This document shows positions 1 through 11,031 of a stretch of 64,000 bases of DNA, in pieces; the stretch's first letter is position 1; each line of letters begins with the position of its first letter. The stretch lies in contig JAKAXB010000007.1 in the NCBI GenBank assembly GCA_021816765.1, forward strand, positions 51,489 through 115,488. The letters run 5' to 3'. Made by a program: the position numbers and the translations under genes. Origin of the DNA: Natronospirales bacterium. GTDB taxonomy: Bacteria; Pseudomonadota; Gammaproteobacteria; Natronospirales; REEB76. Under the pieces are notes generated by a model that was not told the DNA's origin, did no database searches, and was given only the letters and a program-made list of their open reading frames with translations.

Positions 1-1
1 C

Positions 2-166
2 TTCGTTACCGGCAGCCTGTACGCCGTGTGCTTTACTTATGTTTTCTGCTGGGTGGGGAAACGGGCGGTATCCGCCATCGTGTGGGTGGCCTATGTCAGC
101 GTCGTGGTGCTTGCCGGTTTCGGCCTGTATGTCGGCTGGACCAGCCTGCACCTGCTGCGCGGTTGA
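2..166 (+). CDS. 3' end of an integral membrane protein (5' part lies outside the window)
   Basis: Own translation of frame 2 gives FVTGSLYAVCFTYVFCWVGKRAVSAIVWVAYVSVVVLAGFGLYVGWTSLHLLRG*, two hydrophobic helices, with TGA at 164-166. It is absent from the ORF track because there is no start in the window. The listed ORF 39..293 is an overlapping off-frame. Confidence 0.4.
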   Translation, partial: FVTGSLYAVCFTYVFCWVGKRAVSAIVWVAYVSVVVLAGFGLYVGWTSLHLLRG

Positions 167-227
167 CTGTCATGGCTTGATGCCGGTGGTTTGTATTTCA
201 AGCGACTTCCGCTTTGAGCTGCTGCTT

Positions 228-453
228 GTGAACGAAGCCGCCGGTTACTTTCACCTCCGTATTGACCTGTCCCCACTGCGGCCAGGCCAGTAAAGAACGC
301 ATGCCCACCGATGCCTGCCAGTTTTTTATGAATGTCCGCACTGTCACACGCTGCTTAAACCCAAGCCCGGTGACTGCTGCGTGTTCTGTATCTTACGGTT
401 CGGTGCCCTGTCCGCCGAAACAGCAAGCCGGCAGCAGCGATCACTGTTGCTAA
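228..453 (+). pseudogene. GDCCVxC-type small cysteine-rich (metal-binding) protein gene, disrupted by frameshifts
   Basis: Frame 1 (ORF 262..453) encodes TCPHCGQASKERMPTDACQFF ... SYGSVPCPPKQ. The family core YECPHCHTLLKPKPGDCCVFC is readable only in frame 3 (327-389). The frame switches at the T6 run 322-327 and at an extra A at 390. No clean start codon precedes the conserved N-terminal strand. Confidence 0.5.
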
Positions 454-461
454 GCGGCGCA

Positions 462-1418
462 TCAGAAGCGGAACACCAGGAAGTACATCAGCAGCGTATT
501 GACCGCCAGCAGAATCAGCCCGGTGGGGATCTGCACCTTGACCACGCCGTTCTTGTCCGGCAGTTCCAGCAGCGCCGCCGGCACAATGTTGAAGTTTGCG
601 GCCATGGGCGTCATAAGCGTGCCGCAGTAACCGGAGAGCATGCCCAGCGCCGCCATGATGGCGGGATCGCCGCCGAGTTTGTGCACGATGAGCGGCAGGC
701 CGATGCCCGCCACCATCACCGGAAATGCGGCAAAAGCATTGCCCATGATCATGGTGAACAACGCCATGCCCACGGTGAAGGCCACGATCACCAGGAAGGT
801 GGCGTCCGCGGGGATGAAGTGCGTGACTCCTTCCGAGACCACTTGCCCCACGCCGGCGGCGGCGAATAGCGCACCCAGGGCTGCCAGCAGCTGCGGCAGC
901 ACCGCCACCGTACCCACCGCCGTCAAAAGCCGGCGGCCTTCATGCAACGAGGTGACGAAGCGCTGGCGGAACAGCCACAGCGCCGCAACCAGCGCCACAA
1001 TCACCGACAGACCCAGCGAGACCAGGGTGGCGTCTTTGGCCGCCGCCAATGCCTGGCCGTTAATCGTGATCTTCGGCAGCAGCAGGGTGCCGAGGAAAGT
1101 CACCAACGGAATACACAGCGCCGGGATGAAAAGTTTATCCCGCAGGCGCGCGGCGCTCTGGCGCCGCTCCGCTTCCGTCGTGGTTTTCACTTTGCTGGCA
1201 CCCAGGTCTTTCCAACCGGTCACCAACACCATCAGGATCACCAGACAGCCGGTTGCAAAAGGTGGCAGCACCGATCCGAACAGGAAGGTGATGCCATAGA
1301 TGCCCCAGAATGCGGTTTTGCGGTAGCGTTTGGGGTTGGCGCGGTCGAGAAACTCGAGCATGGCCACCGTTAAGAACAGCAGACCGCCGAGTGCGTAGAT
1401 GAATTCCAGCCGGATCAT
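462..1418 (-). CDS. DUF979 family membrane protein
   Basis: ORF 462..1517, trimmed to the ATG at 1418 (MIRLEFIYALGG...). It is polytopic and hydrophobic. A 4-nt ATGA overlap with the upstream DUF969 gene gives the typical DUF969/DUF979 pair. Confidence 0.8.
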   Translation of the reverse strand: MIRLEFIYALGGLLFLTVAMLEFLDRANPKRYRKTAFWGIYGITFLFGSVLPPFATGCLVILMVLVTGWKDLGASKVKTTTEAERRQSAARLRDKLFIPALCIPLVTFLGTLLLPKITINGQALAAAKDATLVSLGLSVIVALVAALWLFRQRFVTSLHEGRRLLTAVGTVAVLPQLLAALGALFAAAGVGQVVSEGVTHFIPADATFLVIVAFTVGMALFTMIMGNAFAAFPVMVAGIGLPLIVHKLGGDPAIMAALGMLSGYCGTLMTPMAANFNIVPAALLELPDKNGVVKVQIPTGLILLAVNTLLMYFLVFRF

Positions 1419-2092
1419 GTTTTGCGATCCTTGAATTGTTTGCTCAAGCGGCGATCCAATAGCAACAGGCGCGCACCGTGGATGATGAATACCGCGATGG
1501 CGGTGGGAATGGCCCACAAGGCGATGTGCAGCGGCGTCAGGTGGATGCCGTTCCCATCCAGGAAACCCTTGATGAGCAGCACCGAGCCCATGGCGATAAA
1601 TATGTCCTCACCGAAGAACACACCCACGTTGTCCACCGCTGCGGCATGGGCCAGGATCAGATAGCGGGTTTTATCCGGCAGTTCACCGAAGCGCGCTTCC
1701 GCCGCGGCTTCCGCCATGGGTGCGATCAGCGGCCGCACCATCTGCGCCTGGCCACCAAGGGACGTCAGTCCGATACTGGCGGTGAGCTGGCGGATGGCGA
1801 GATACAGCAGCAGCACGCGGCCGGTGGTGGCGGATTGGATGCGACTGATGAGTTCCTGGGCGCGTTCCTTGAGGCCGCTGCGCTCCAGCAGACCGATCAC
1901 CGGCAACGTCAGCCACACCAGCCCCACGTAACGGTTCTCGGTGAACGCGCGGCCGAAGTCGCTGACGATCGCGACCGGATTCAGGCCGCCCGCAACCCCG
2001 GTAGCGATGCCCGCCACCGTCACTACCAGCAGTGGATTCACCCGCAATGCGAAGCCTACGATGACGATAAGAACGCCGATCAGCGTGAGCAT
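1415..2092 (-). CDS. DUF969 family membrane protein
   Basis: ORF 1415..2236, trimmed to the ATG at 2092 (MLTLIGVLIVIVGFALRVNP...). It is translationally coupled to the DUF979 gene. Confidence 0.8.
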   Translation of the reverse strand: MLTLIGVLIVIVGFALRVNPLLVVTVAGIATGVAGGLNPVAIVSDFGRAFTENRYVGLVWLTLPVIGLLERSGLKERAQELISRIQSATTGRVLLLYLAIRQLTASIGLTSLGGQAQMVRPLIAPMAEAAAEARFGELPDKTRYLILAHAAAVDNVGVFFGEDIFIAMGSVLLIKGFLDGNGIHLTPLHIALWAIPTAIAVFIIHGARLLLLDRRLSKQFKDRKT

Positions 2093-2262
2093 GCTACTAC
2101 CTTGAACATGAATGACGCGGAAGTCCGGGTCGGCATTATGTGGAACTGGATTCGCGCTGGCAAACGGCCGACGCAGAGCACTTGTTAGCATGACCGTTTC
2201 GTGGCAGCATCCAGTGCGTTTTGGACCGCCCGGCACGCCCGCAATACACTCTGGGAGGCATT

Positions 2263-3069
2263 ATGGATACGGTTGATGACGAATCTGTAGTGGAGCCGGC
2301 ACATTTTTTCGCGGTGAATGAACGCATTGGCAGGCTGCGTTATCTGGCCTATAGCATCGGGCTTGGTCTGCTGATGGTCTTGCCGCTGATTTTTGGGGTT
2401 GCGCTGACGTTGAAGGGGATGCCTTTGCTGGGAAAGGCGATCGCGTATGGCTGTTATGCGGTTGCGTGGGTAATGGGCACTCTCTTCACGGTTCGCCGCC
2501 TGCATGACATGGACGCCAGTGGCTGGTGGGCGCTTCTAATCCTGGTTCCCATCGCAGATCTGATTCTGGTGCTGGTCTTGATTTTCCGTCCGGGTACAAA
2601 CTCCGTGAATCGCTTCGGTCAGCCACCGCCGCCCAACACCGGCTGGGTGATTGCAGGAGTACTCGCCTATCCGGCACTCATCGTCGTGGGTTGCACCACT
2701 GCCATTTTCACTCCTCTGTACCAGGATCATGCGGTGCGCACACAGGTAGCCGCAAGCTTCCAAAGCATTTCTGTGCTGGAAAGCGAAGTGATCGCGTACC
2801 AAAAGGCCAACGGTAAATGGCCGACTAAAGACGAAGATATCCGGTTACCACCGCCGTCGCCGGGCGGCATTATCCAGTCCATCGGCATCGAGCAGGATGG
2901 TGGCATTCATCTCATCTACGGCCGGCCACGCCAGCTAAGCGGCAAGTCGGTTTACATGATGCACTATGCGAATGCGGATGGCACTTTCAGCTGGGGGTGC
3001 TCTACTAATGTGGATGACAAGTACTTGAGCGGAAAAGCGCGTGCGAATTGCGCCCCACTGATTAAATAG
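2263..3069 (+). CDS. DUF805 membrane domain fused to a type IV pilin-like C-terminal domain
   Basis: ATG at 2263 preceded by GGGAGG. The N-terminal part has RRLHDMDASGWWALLILVPI (DUF805 hallmark). The C-terminal part has TPLYQDHAVRTQVAASF...ANGKWPT...SWGCSTNVDDKYLSGKARANC (pilin pattern). Confidence 0.7.
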   Translation: MDTVDDESVVEPAHFFAVNERIGRLRYLAYSIGLGLLMVLPLIFGVALTLKGMPLLGKAIAYGCYAVAWVMGTLFTVRRLHDMDASGWWALLILVPIADLILVLVLIFRPGTNSVNRFGQPPPPNTGWVIAGVLAYPALIVVGCTTAIFTPLYQDHAVRTQVAASFQSISVLESEVIAYQKANGKWPTKDEDIRLPPPSPGGIIQSIGIEQDGGIHLIYGRPRQLSGKSVYMMHYANADGTFSWGCSTNVDDKYLSGKARANCAPLIK

Positions 3070-3088
3070 TGTTGTTTGGAACAGATTC

Positions 3089-4138
3089 ATGCCGGTGACA
3101 GTGAAGCTTGTACCCGGCGGCACAACATTCGAAGTCGCAGAACATGAAACCGTGCTCGCCGCGGCACTGCGCCAGGGAATCCACCTGCCTTACGGCTGCC
3201 ACGGCGGCAGTTGCGCCCAGTGCCGGGCGCGGGTGGTGGCGGGCGAGGTCGCGTATCCCGATGGCCCGCCGCCCGGGCTCGCGGCGCCGGACCTGAGCCG
3301 CGGCGAGGCGCTGCTGTGCCGCGTGGTGCCGCGCAGTGATCTCATCATTGAGGCACAGGAGATCACCACCATCACCGGTCTCAGGGTCAGAACCCTGCCC
3401 TGCCGGGTGGCGCGGCTCGAACGGCTCGCCCACGATGTGATGGCGTTGCATCTGCGGCTGCCGCCGGTTGAAGCGCTGAAGTTTTTGCCGGGGCAATATA
3501 TTGATGTGCTGTTGCCGGGCGGGCAGCGCCGCAGTTTTTCGCTGGCCAATCCGCCTCATGACAGTGCGCACCTGGAGATCCACGTGGGGCTGGTGCCGGG
3601 CGGACGCTTTTCAGAAGAGGTGTTCCGTCGCATGCAGCTGGGCGCGCTGCTGGAAATCCAGGGGCCGCTGGGCAGTTTTTTTCTGCAGGAAAATTCGATA
3701 CGCCCAATCTTGATGGTGGCCGGCGGCACCGGTTATGCACCCTGCAAGGCCATGCTGCGCCATCTTTTTGAAAATAATACCAAGCGCCCCGTCACCCTGT
3801 ACTGGGGTGCACGCAGCCAGGCCGATTTGTACGAACAGTCGCAAGCGGAACAGTGGGCCAGGGAACAGGCGGATTTCCGCTTTGTGCCAGTGCTTTCCGA
3901 ACCACAGCCCGAAGATCAGTGGACCGGCCGCCGCGGGCGTGTGCATGAAGCCGTGCTGGCGGATTACGCAGAGTTTTCGAAATGCGACATTTATCTCGCT
4001 GGCCCGCCGCCCATGGTGCGTGGCGCGCGCCAGTCCCTGCTGCTGAAAGGCGCCGATCCCGCGCGCATTTTTTCCGATGCCTTCGACTATGCGCCGGAAG
4101 TGCGCGCCGCGCTGGAAAAGGCGGCGGCTGCACCCTAA
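3089..4138 (+). CDS. 2Fe-2S ferredoxin / FNR-family FAD-NAD(P) oxidoreductase (CDP-6-deoxy-delta-3,4-glucoseen reductase-like)
   Basis: Plant-type ferredoxin cysteines CHGGSCAQC...LLC, FAD motif RRSFSLAN and NAD motif GGTGYAP. Confidence 0.8.
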   Translation: MPVTVKLVPGGTTFEVAEHETVLAAALRQGIHLPYGCHGGSCAQCRARVVAGEVAYPDGPPPGLAAPDLSRGEALLCRVVPRSDLIIEAQEITTITGLRVRTLPCRVARLERLAHDVMALHLRLPPVEALKFLPGQYIDVLLPGGQRRSFSLANPPHDSAHLEIHVGLVPGGRFSEEVFRRMQLGALLEIQGPLGSFFLQENSIRPILMVAGGTGYAPCKAMLRHLFENNTKRPVTLYWGARSQADLYEQSQAEQWAREQADFRFVPVLSEPQPEDQWTGRRGRVHEAVLADYAEFSKCDIYLAGPPPMVRGARQSLLLKGADPARIFSDAFDYAPEVRAALEKAAAAP

Positions 4139-4255
4139 GCAGTCGCTGCCTTCGGGTATCATAAGCGTCCCTGAGTGCGGACCCGGCCGCAAATCTCGCA
4201 GAACATAGCGTCCATTGCCCGCGTGCGTGTCGGTGCGCGCGGCGCGGAGAATCCC

Positions 4256-5419
4256 GTGAAATCCCTCAATTCCCTCGACCTCTACGACGTTCGCGGCCTG
4301 CTGACCGAAGACGAGCAGATGGTGCAGGACAGTGTCGCGCGCTTCGTGGATGGCAAGGTGCTGCCTATCATCGGCGAATGCTTCGAGCAAGCGCGCTTCC
4401 CCAAAGAGCTGATTCCCGAGATTGCGTCCCTGGGCCTGCTGGGGAGTTCCATCCAGGGTTACGGCTGCGCGGGACTGAACGGCGTCGCCTACGGGCTCAT
4501 CTGCCAGGAACTGGAGCGTGGCGATTCCGGTTTGCGCAGCCTCGTATCGGTGCAGTCAAGCCTGGTGATGTATCCGATTTTCACTTATGGCTCCGAGGAA
4601 CAGAAACAGCGCTGGCTGCCGGCCATGGCCAGGGGCGACGCCATCGGCTGCTTCGGTCTGACCGAACCTCACGGTGGTTCCGATCCGTCCAACATGAAAA
4701 CCGTGGCCAAAAAGAAGGGCAGCGATTGGGTGCTGAACGGCGCCAAGATGTGGATCACCAACGGCAGCATCGCCGACGTGGCGGTGGTGTGGGCCAATAC
4801 CGACGATGGCGTTCACGGCTTTCTGGTGGAGCAGGGCATGCAGGGCTTCGACACCCCGGAAGTGCATCACAAGATGTCGTTACGCGCCTCCGTCACTTCC
4901 GCGCTGTACTTCGATAACGTGCACGTGCCGGAAGCCAACGTGTTACCCAAGGTCAAAGGACTGAAGGGGCCATTGTCCTGCCTGACGCAGGCACGCTACG
5001 GTATCAGCTGGGGCGTCATCGGTGCGGCGCAAGCGTGCCTGAAGGATGTGCTGGGCTACACCCAGACCCGCGAGCTCTTCAACCGGCCGCTGAATCACAA
5101 CCAGGCGGTGCAACTGCGTCTCGCGGAAATGGCGCGCCAGATTACGCTGGCGCAGTTGCTTTCACTGCGGCTGGGCCGTCTCAAAGATCAAGGCGAGATG
5201 CAACCCGCGCAGGTGTCGCTGGCCAAGTGGAACAACGTGCGCATGGCCATCAACATCGCCCGCGACGCACGCGATCTTTTGGGCGGCGCCGGCATCACCA
5301 CCGAATTCTGCCCCATCCGCCATGCACTCAATCTTGAGTCCGTCATCACCTATGAAGGCACCGAGACGGTGCATCAACTGGTGATCGGCAAGGAAATTAC
5401 CGGCGTGGATGCGTTTTAA
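4256..5419 (+). CDS. gcdH: glutaryl-CoA dehydrogenase (acyl-CoA dehydrogenase family)
   Basis: ORF 4175..5419. The likely start is the GTG at 4256 after GGAGA. Motifs GCFGLTEPHGGSDP, KMWITNG and YEGTETVHQLVIG are typical of GcdH. Confidence 0.85.
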   Translation: MKSLNSLDLYDVRGLLTEDEQMVQDSVARFVDGKVLPIIGECFEQARFPKELIPEIASLGLLGSSIQGYGCAGLNGVAYGLICQELERGDSGLRSLVSVQSSLVMYPIFTYGSEEQKQRWLPAMARGDAIGCFGLTEPHGGSDPSNMKTVAKKKGSDWVLNGAKMWITNGSIADVAVVWANTDDGVHGFLVEQGMQGFDTPEVHHKMSLRASVTSALYFDNVHVPEANVLPKVKGLKGPLSCLTQARYGISWGVIGAAQACLKDVLGYTQTRELFNRPLNHNQAVQLRLAEMARQITLAQLLSLRLGRLKDQGEMQPAQVSLAKWNNVRMAINIARDARDLLGGAGITTEFCPIRHALNLESVITYEGTETVHQLVIGKEITGVDAF

Positions 5420-5501
5420 ATGAGCCGTCCGGGACATCCCCGGCATCGTGGCTAGCCGTTCCGTTACAGTGTTGATGGATTGGTCCAAACCCGTAGGCAG
5501 C

Positions 5502-5521
5502 AAGGCTTTGTGGGCCTTTTT
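5502..5521 (+). terminator. weak rho-independent terminator candidate after gcdH
   Basis: AAGGC tttgtgg GCCTT followed by TTT. The stem is only 5 bp. Confidence 0.35.
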
Positions 5522-5626
5522 GCGGAAAATAAATCATCGGGGGCTGAAATCCAGCGCGGACCCAAGCTGGGCGCGGGGTTCCTGTCCGCCGCGGTCCTGT
5601 TTTCAACACCTTTGCTGAACGGCTAG

Positions 5627-6219
5627 GGCATCATGGTGGCTTGTCCTTCCCGCGGCGATGACGCCGCCATGATGCTGCGCACCTGCGCGGCGCTTGCGAA
5701 AGTGGACAGCCGTGTGGTGGCGTTCCTGGAACCCATCGCACTTTACATGACCAAGGACCTGTATGAACCCAAGGACAACGGCTGGCTGTTCGACTATCCG
5801 ACGCCGGAGCGTGCTGTCTCATTGGGTGAAGGCCGCATCTATAACCCGAATGCCAGGGATTTGTTCATCGTCACCTTCGGCAACGGCGTACCCCTGTCCC
5901 TGCGGGTGGCGCAAAAACTCGAGACGCAGACCGGCAAAAAAACCGCGTGCTGGATTTGCGTTGGCTAAAACCGTTGAATGCGGAACTCATCGCCAAACAC
6001 GCGAAAGAATGCGGTAAGGTGCTGGTGGTGGACGAAGGCCGACAGACCGGCGGTATTTCAGAAGAGATATTCACGGCCATTGACGAACATGCAGGGCCGG
6101 CGATCCTCAAGAAGCGCGTATGTGGCAAGGATTCCTACATTCCATTATGCGCTGCTGCGAATCTGGTATTGGTGAGCGAGCAGGATATATATAAAACCAC
6201 AGAAAATCAGTTACTGTAA
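5627..6219 (+). pseudogene. 5'-truncated and frameshifted remnant of a TPP-dependent 2-oxoacid dehydrogenase E1 / transketolase-C-domain enzyme
   Basis: ORFs 5633..5968 and 5947..6219 together read as one C-terminal domain (VACPSRGDDAAMMLRTCAA...; LDLRWLKPLN...VVDEGRQTGGISEEI). The frame breaks in the A7 run at 5936-5942. An in-frame TAG at 5624-5626 cuts off all N-terminal sequence. Confidence 0.6.
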
Positions 6220-6261
6220 AATTGGCAATGCCATAAACGGCCGTGGACTGCGCCATGTCCA

Positions 6262-6278
6262 TTTACAAGTTTTTTACA
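6262..6278 (+). promoter_or_regulatory. KdpE-binding box (direct repeat TTTACA-N5-TTTACA) upstream of kdpF
   Basis: CATTTACAAGTTTTTTACATCCGCCCG closely resembles the E. coli kdpFABC operator as I recall it (CATTTTTATACTTTTTTTACACCCCGCCCG). It lies about 170 bp upstream of kdpF. Confidence 0.6.
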
Positions 6279-6360
6279 TCCGCCCGGCACAATTTTTCAC
6301 GGTCTTTACACCGCAACGTCTAAAGTATTCAGTCAATCATCCGTATTACGGGGCTGAGCC

Positions 6361-6453
6361 GTGGATCTGTTGTGCATTGCACTGGTGTGCCTGCTGTTTG
6401 CCGTCACCGCCGCGCTGATCCCCGGCCTTGAAAAGCTGGGAGCCGCGTCGTGA
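6361..6453 (+). CDS. candidate 30-aa hydrophobic leader peptide preceding kdpF
   Basis: Own translation: GTG 6361 [30 protein letters not shown]. The stop overlaps the kdpF GTG (GTGA at 6450-6453). The SD is weak (ACGGGG). It could be a chance ORF. Confidence 0.25.
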   Translation: MDLLCIALVCLLFAVTAALIPGLEKLGAAS

Positions 6454-6542
6454 ACTGGCTGTATCTTCTCGCCCTGCTGCTGGCGGTTGGACTGTTCGCG
6501 TATCTGTGTATCGCATTGCTGTGGCCGGAGCGCTTCACATGA
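6450..6542 (+). CDS. kdpF: K+-transporting ATPase subunit F
   Basis: Own translation: [30 protein letters not shown], 30 aa with a single TM and a typical KdpF C-terminus. The stop overlaps the kdpA ATG at 6539. It is too short for the ORF track. Confidence 0.7.
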   Translation: MNWLYLLALLLAVGLFAYLCIALLWPERFT

Positions 6543-8347
6543 CCGCAAACGGCTATCTGCAGGTCGGCGTCTTTCTGCTGCTGGTGCTGGCCCTGGCAAA
6601 ACCCATGGGCTGGTATATGGCGCGCATATATGAAGGCAAGAATGCGTGGCTGAACCGGCTGGGCGCACCGCTCGAACGGCTTATTTACCGGCTGGGCGGT
6701 GTCAGCTCGGAGCACGAAATGCGCTGGACCGAGTACGCCATGGCCATGCTGGTATTCAATTTCCTGGGTGTGCTGCTGTTGTATGCCATACAACGCCTGC
6801 AGGGATATCTGCCGCTCAATCCTCAACAATTCGGCGCCGTGGGCGCGGACTCGGCGTTCAACACCGCCACCAGCTTCGTTACCAACACCAACTGGCAAGG
6901 CTATTCCGGTGAGACCACCATGAGCTACCTCACGCAGATGACGGGGCTCGCGGTGCAGAATTTCCTGTCCGCCGCCACTGGTCTGTGCGTTGCTGTGGCG
7001 CTCATCCGCGGCTTTGCGCGGCACACGGCTGCGACCCTGGGCAATTTCTGGGCGGACCTCACCCGCAGCACGCTCTATATTCTGCTGCCGCTGTCTTTGC
7101 TCCTGGCCGTGGTGTTGGTGGGTCAGGGCGTCATTCAGAACTTCAAGCCCTATCAGTCCGTGCCGCTGCATGATCCCGTGACCTATCAGCAACCGCTGAT
7201 GAATGCACAGGGCAATCCGTTGATGAATGCCGCCGGTGACCCTGTAAACCGGATGGTGCTGCAGAAGAATCAGCTCCTGCCCATGGGTCCGGTAGCCTCG
7301 CAGGAGGCCATCAAGGAGCTTGGCACGAACGGCGGCGGATTTTTCAATGCCAATTCCGCCCACCCGTTCGAGAACCCCACACCGTTGTCGAACTTTCTGG
7401 AGATGCTCGCGGTGCTGCTGCTGCCTGCGGCGCTGTGTTTCACGTTTGGTGAAATGGCGGGTGACCGCCGCCAGGGATGGGCCATTTTCATCGCCATGAC
7501 CGTGCTGTTTGTGGCATTCCTCGGCGCGGCGTTGTACGCGGAGCAGCACGGCAATCCGGCGTTTGGGAAGCTGGGCGTTGACCAGACCGCTTCCGCCCTG
7601 CAGGCGGGCGGTAACATGGAAGGCAAGGAAACGCGTTTCGGTATCGTGGACTCTACTCTGTTCGACACGATCACGACTGCCACTTCCTGCGGTGCGGTGA
7701 ATTCCATGCTGGATTCCTATACGCCGCTCGGCGGTCTCATGCCGTTGTGGCTTATCCAGCTCGGCGAGATGGTGTTCGGCGGCGTGGGCTCCGGCCTGTA
7801 CACCATGCTGGCGTTCGCCATGCTGGCGGTGTTCATTGCCGGTCTCATGGTGGGGCGCACGCCGGAATATCTCGGCAAGAAAATCGAATCCTATGAGATG
7901 AAGACGGTGTCGCTCATCATTCTTATCACACCGCTCCTGGTGCTGGTGGGCACGGCCGTGGCGGTGATGACCGCCGCCGGCAGGGCGGGGACTCTCAATC
8001 CGGGCGCCCACGGATTCAGCGAGATCCTGTATGCCTTTTCCTCCGCAGCCAACAATAACGGCAGCGCCTTTGCGGGGCTTGACGCCGGCTCGCCGTTCTA
8101 CAACATCGCACTCGGCATCGTCATGCAGATCGGCCGCTTCTGGCCGGCAGTGGCTACGCTGGCGCTCGCGGGGTCGCTGGCCGCCCAAAAGCGCGTAGCG
8201 GCGGGACTCGGCACCCTGCCCACGCACACACCGCTGTTTATCGCACTGCTGGTGGGCACGGTGTTGCTGGTGAGCGCTTTGACATACATTCCAGCGCTGG
8301 CACTCGGCCCCATCGCCGAACAGCTTGCCATGTCGGGTATCCATTGA
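6539..8347 (+). CDS. kdpA: K+-transporting ATPase subunit A
   Basis: ORF 6428..8347 trimmed to [14 protein letters not shown].... Contains NTNWQ, GTNGGGF and related KdpA signatures. Confidence 0.95.
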   Translation: MTANGYLQVGVFLLLVLALAKPMGWYMARIYEGKNAWLNRLGAPLERLIYRLGGVSSEHEMRWTEYAMAMLVFNFLGVLLLYAIQRLQGYLPLNPQQFGAVGADSAFNTATSFVTNTNWQGYSGETTMSYLTQMTGLAVQNFLSAATGLCVAVALIRGFARHTAATLGNFWADLTRSTLYILLPLSLLLAVVLVGQGVIQNFKPYQSVPLHDPVTYQQPLMNAQGNPLMNAAGDPVNRMVLQKNQLLPMGPVASQEAIKELGTNGGGFFNANSAHPFENPTPLSNFLEMLAVLLLPAALCFTFGEMAGDRRQGWAIFIAMTVLFVAFLGAALYAEQHGNPAFGKLGVDQTASALQAGGNMEGKETRFGIVDSTLFDTITTATSCGAVNSMLDSYTPLGGLMPLWLIQLGEMVFGGVGSGLYTMLAFAMLAVFIAGLMVGRTPEYLGKKIESYEMKTVSLIILITPLLVLVGTAVAVMTAAGRAGTLNPGAHGFSEILYAFSSAANNNGSAFAGLDAGSPFYNIALGIVMQIGRFWPAVATLALAGSLAAQKRVAAGLGTLPTHTPLFIALLVGTVLLVSALTYIPALALGPIAEQLAMSGIH

Positions 8348-8360
8348 CCGTGGAGAATTC

Positions 8361-10442
<2,082 letters not shown>

Positions 10443-10452
10443 GGTGTCCGCC

Positions 10453-11031
10453 ATGCTTGCTCATCTGCGTATCTCGCTACTCATGCTGCTGGTATTCACC
10501 GTCATCACCGGCGTGCTGTATCCGTTGGCCGTGACGGGGATCGCCCAGGCAGTGTTCCCCAGGCAGGCGAATGGCAGTCTGATCCGGCAGCACGGTCAGG
10601 TGATCGGCTCGGCACTGATCGGCCAGCCGTTCAGCAGTCCACAGTATTTCTGGAGCCGGCCCTCGGCCACTACGCCATTCCCGGATAATTCCCTGGCCTC
10701 CGGCGGCTCCAACCTGGGCCCCACGAATCCGGTGCTTCTGCAGCAGGTGAAAGCACGCATCGCGGCATTGCACGCGGCGGATCCCTCACAACATGCGCCC
10801 ATACCGGTGGACCTGGTGACGGCTTCCGGGAGCGGGCTCGATCCGGATATCAGCCCGGCGGCGGCCCTTTACCAGGTTCCGCGCATCGCGCGCCTGCGAC
10901 ATCTGAGCGAACAGCGGGTACGCGCACTTGTGGCGCGTTACACCACACTGCGGCAGCTTGGATTTCTCGGCGAGCCCCGGGTGAACGTGCTCGAGCTCAA
11001 TCTGGCATTGGACGCTCCCGGGCAACAGTAA
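10453..11031 (+). CDS. kdpC: K+-transporting ATPase subunit C
   Basis: ATG at 10453 after GAGGTG. Sequence [29 protein letters not shown]..., with SGSGLDP. Confidence 0.9.
   Translation: MLAHLRISLLMLLVFTVITGVLYPLAVTGIAQAVFPRQANGSLIRQHGQVIGSALIGQPFSSPQYFWSRPSATTPFPDNSLASGGSNLGPTNPVLLQQVKARIAALHAADPSQHAPIPVDLVTASGSGLDPDISPAAALYQVPRIARLRHLSEQRVRALVARYTTLRQLGFLGEPRVNVLELNLALDAPGQQ

Noticed and set aside
39-293. ORF 39..293 (84 aa) at the left edge.
   Set aside because: It is off-frame relative to a clearly hydrophobic membrane-protein C-terminus (frame 2, ending at 166). It then runs through the intergenic region into the GDCCVxC gene, with no protein-like features.
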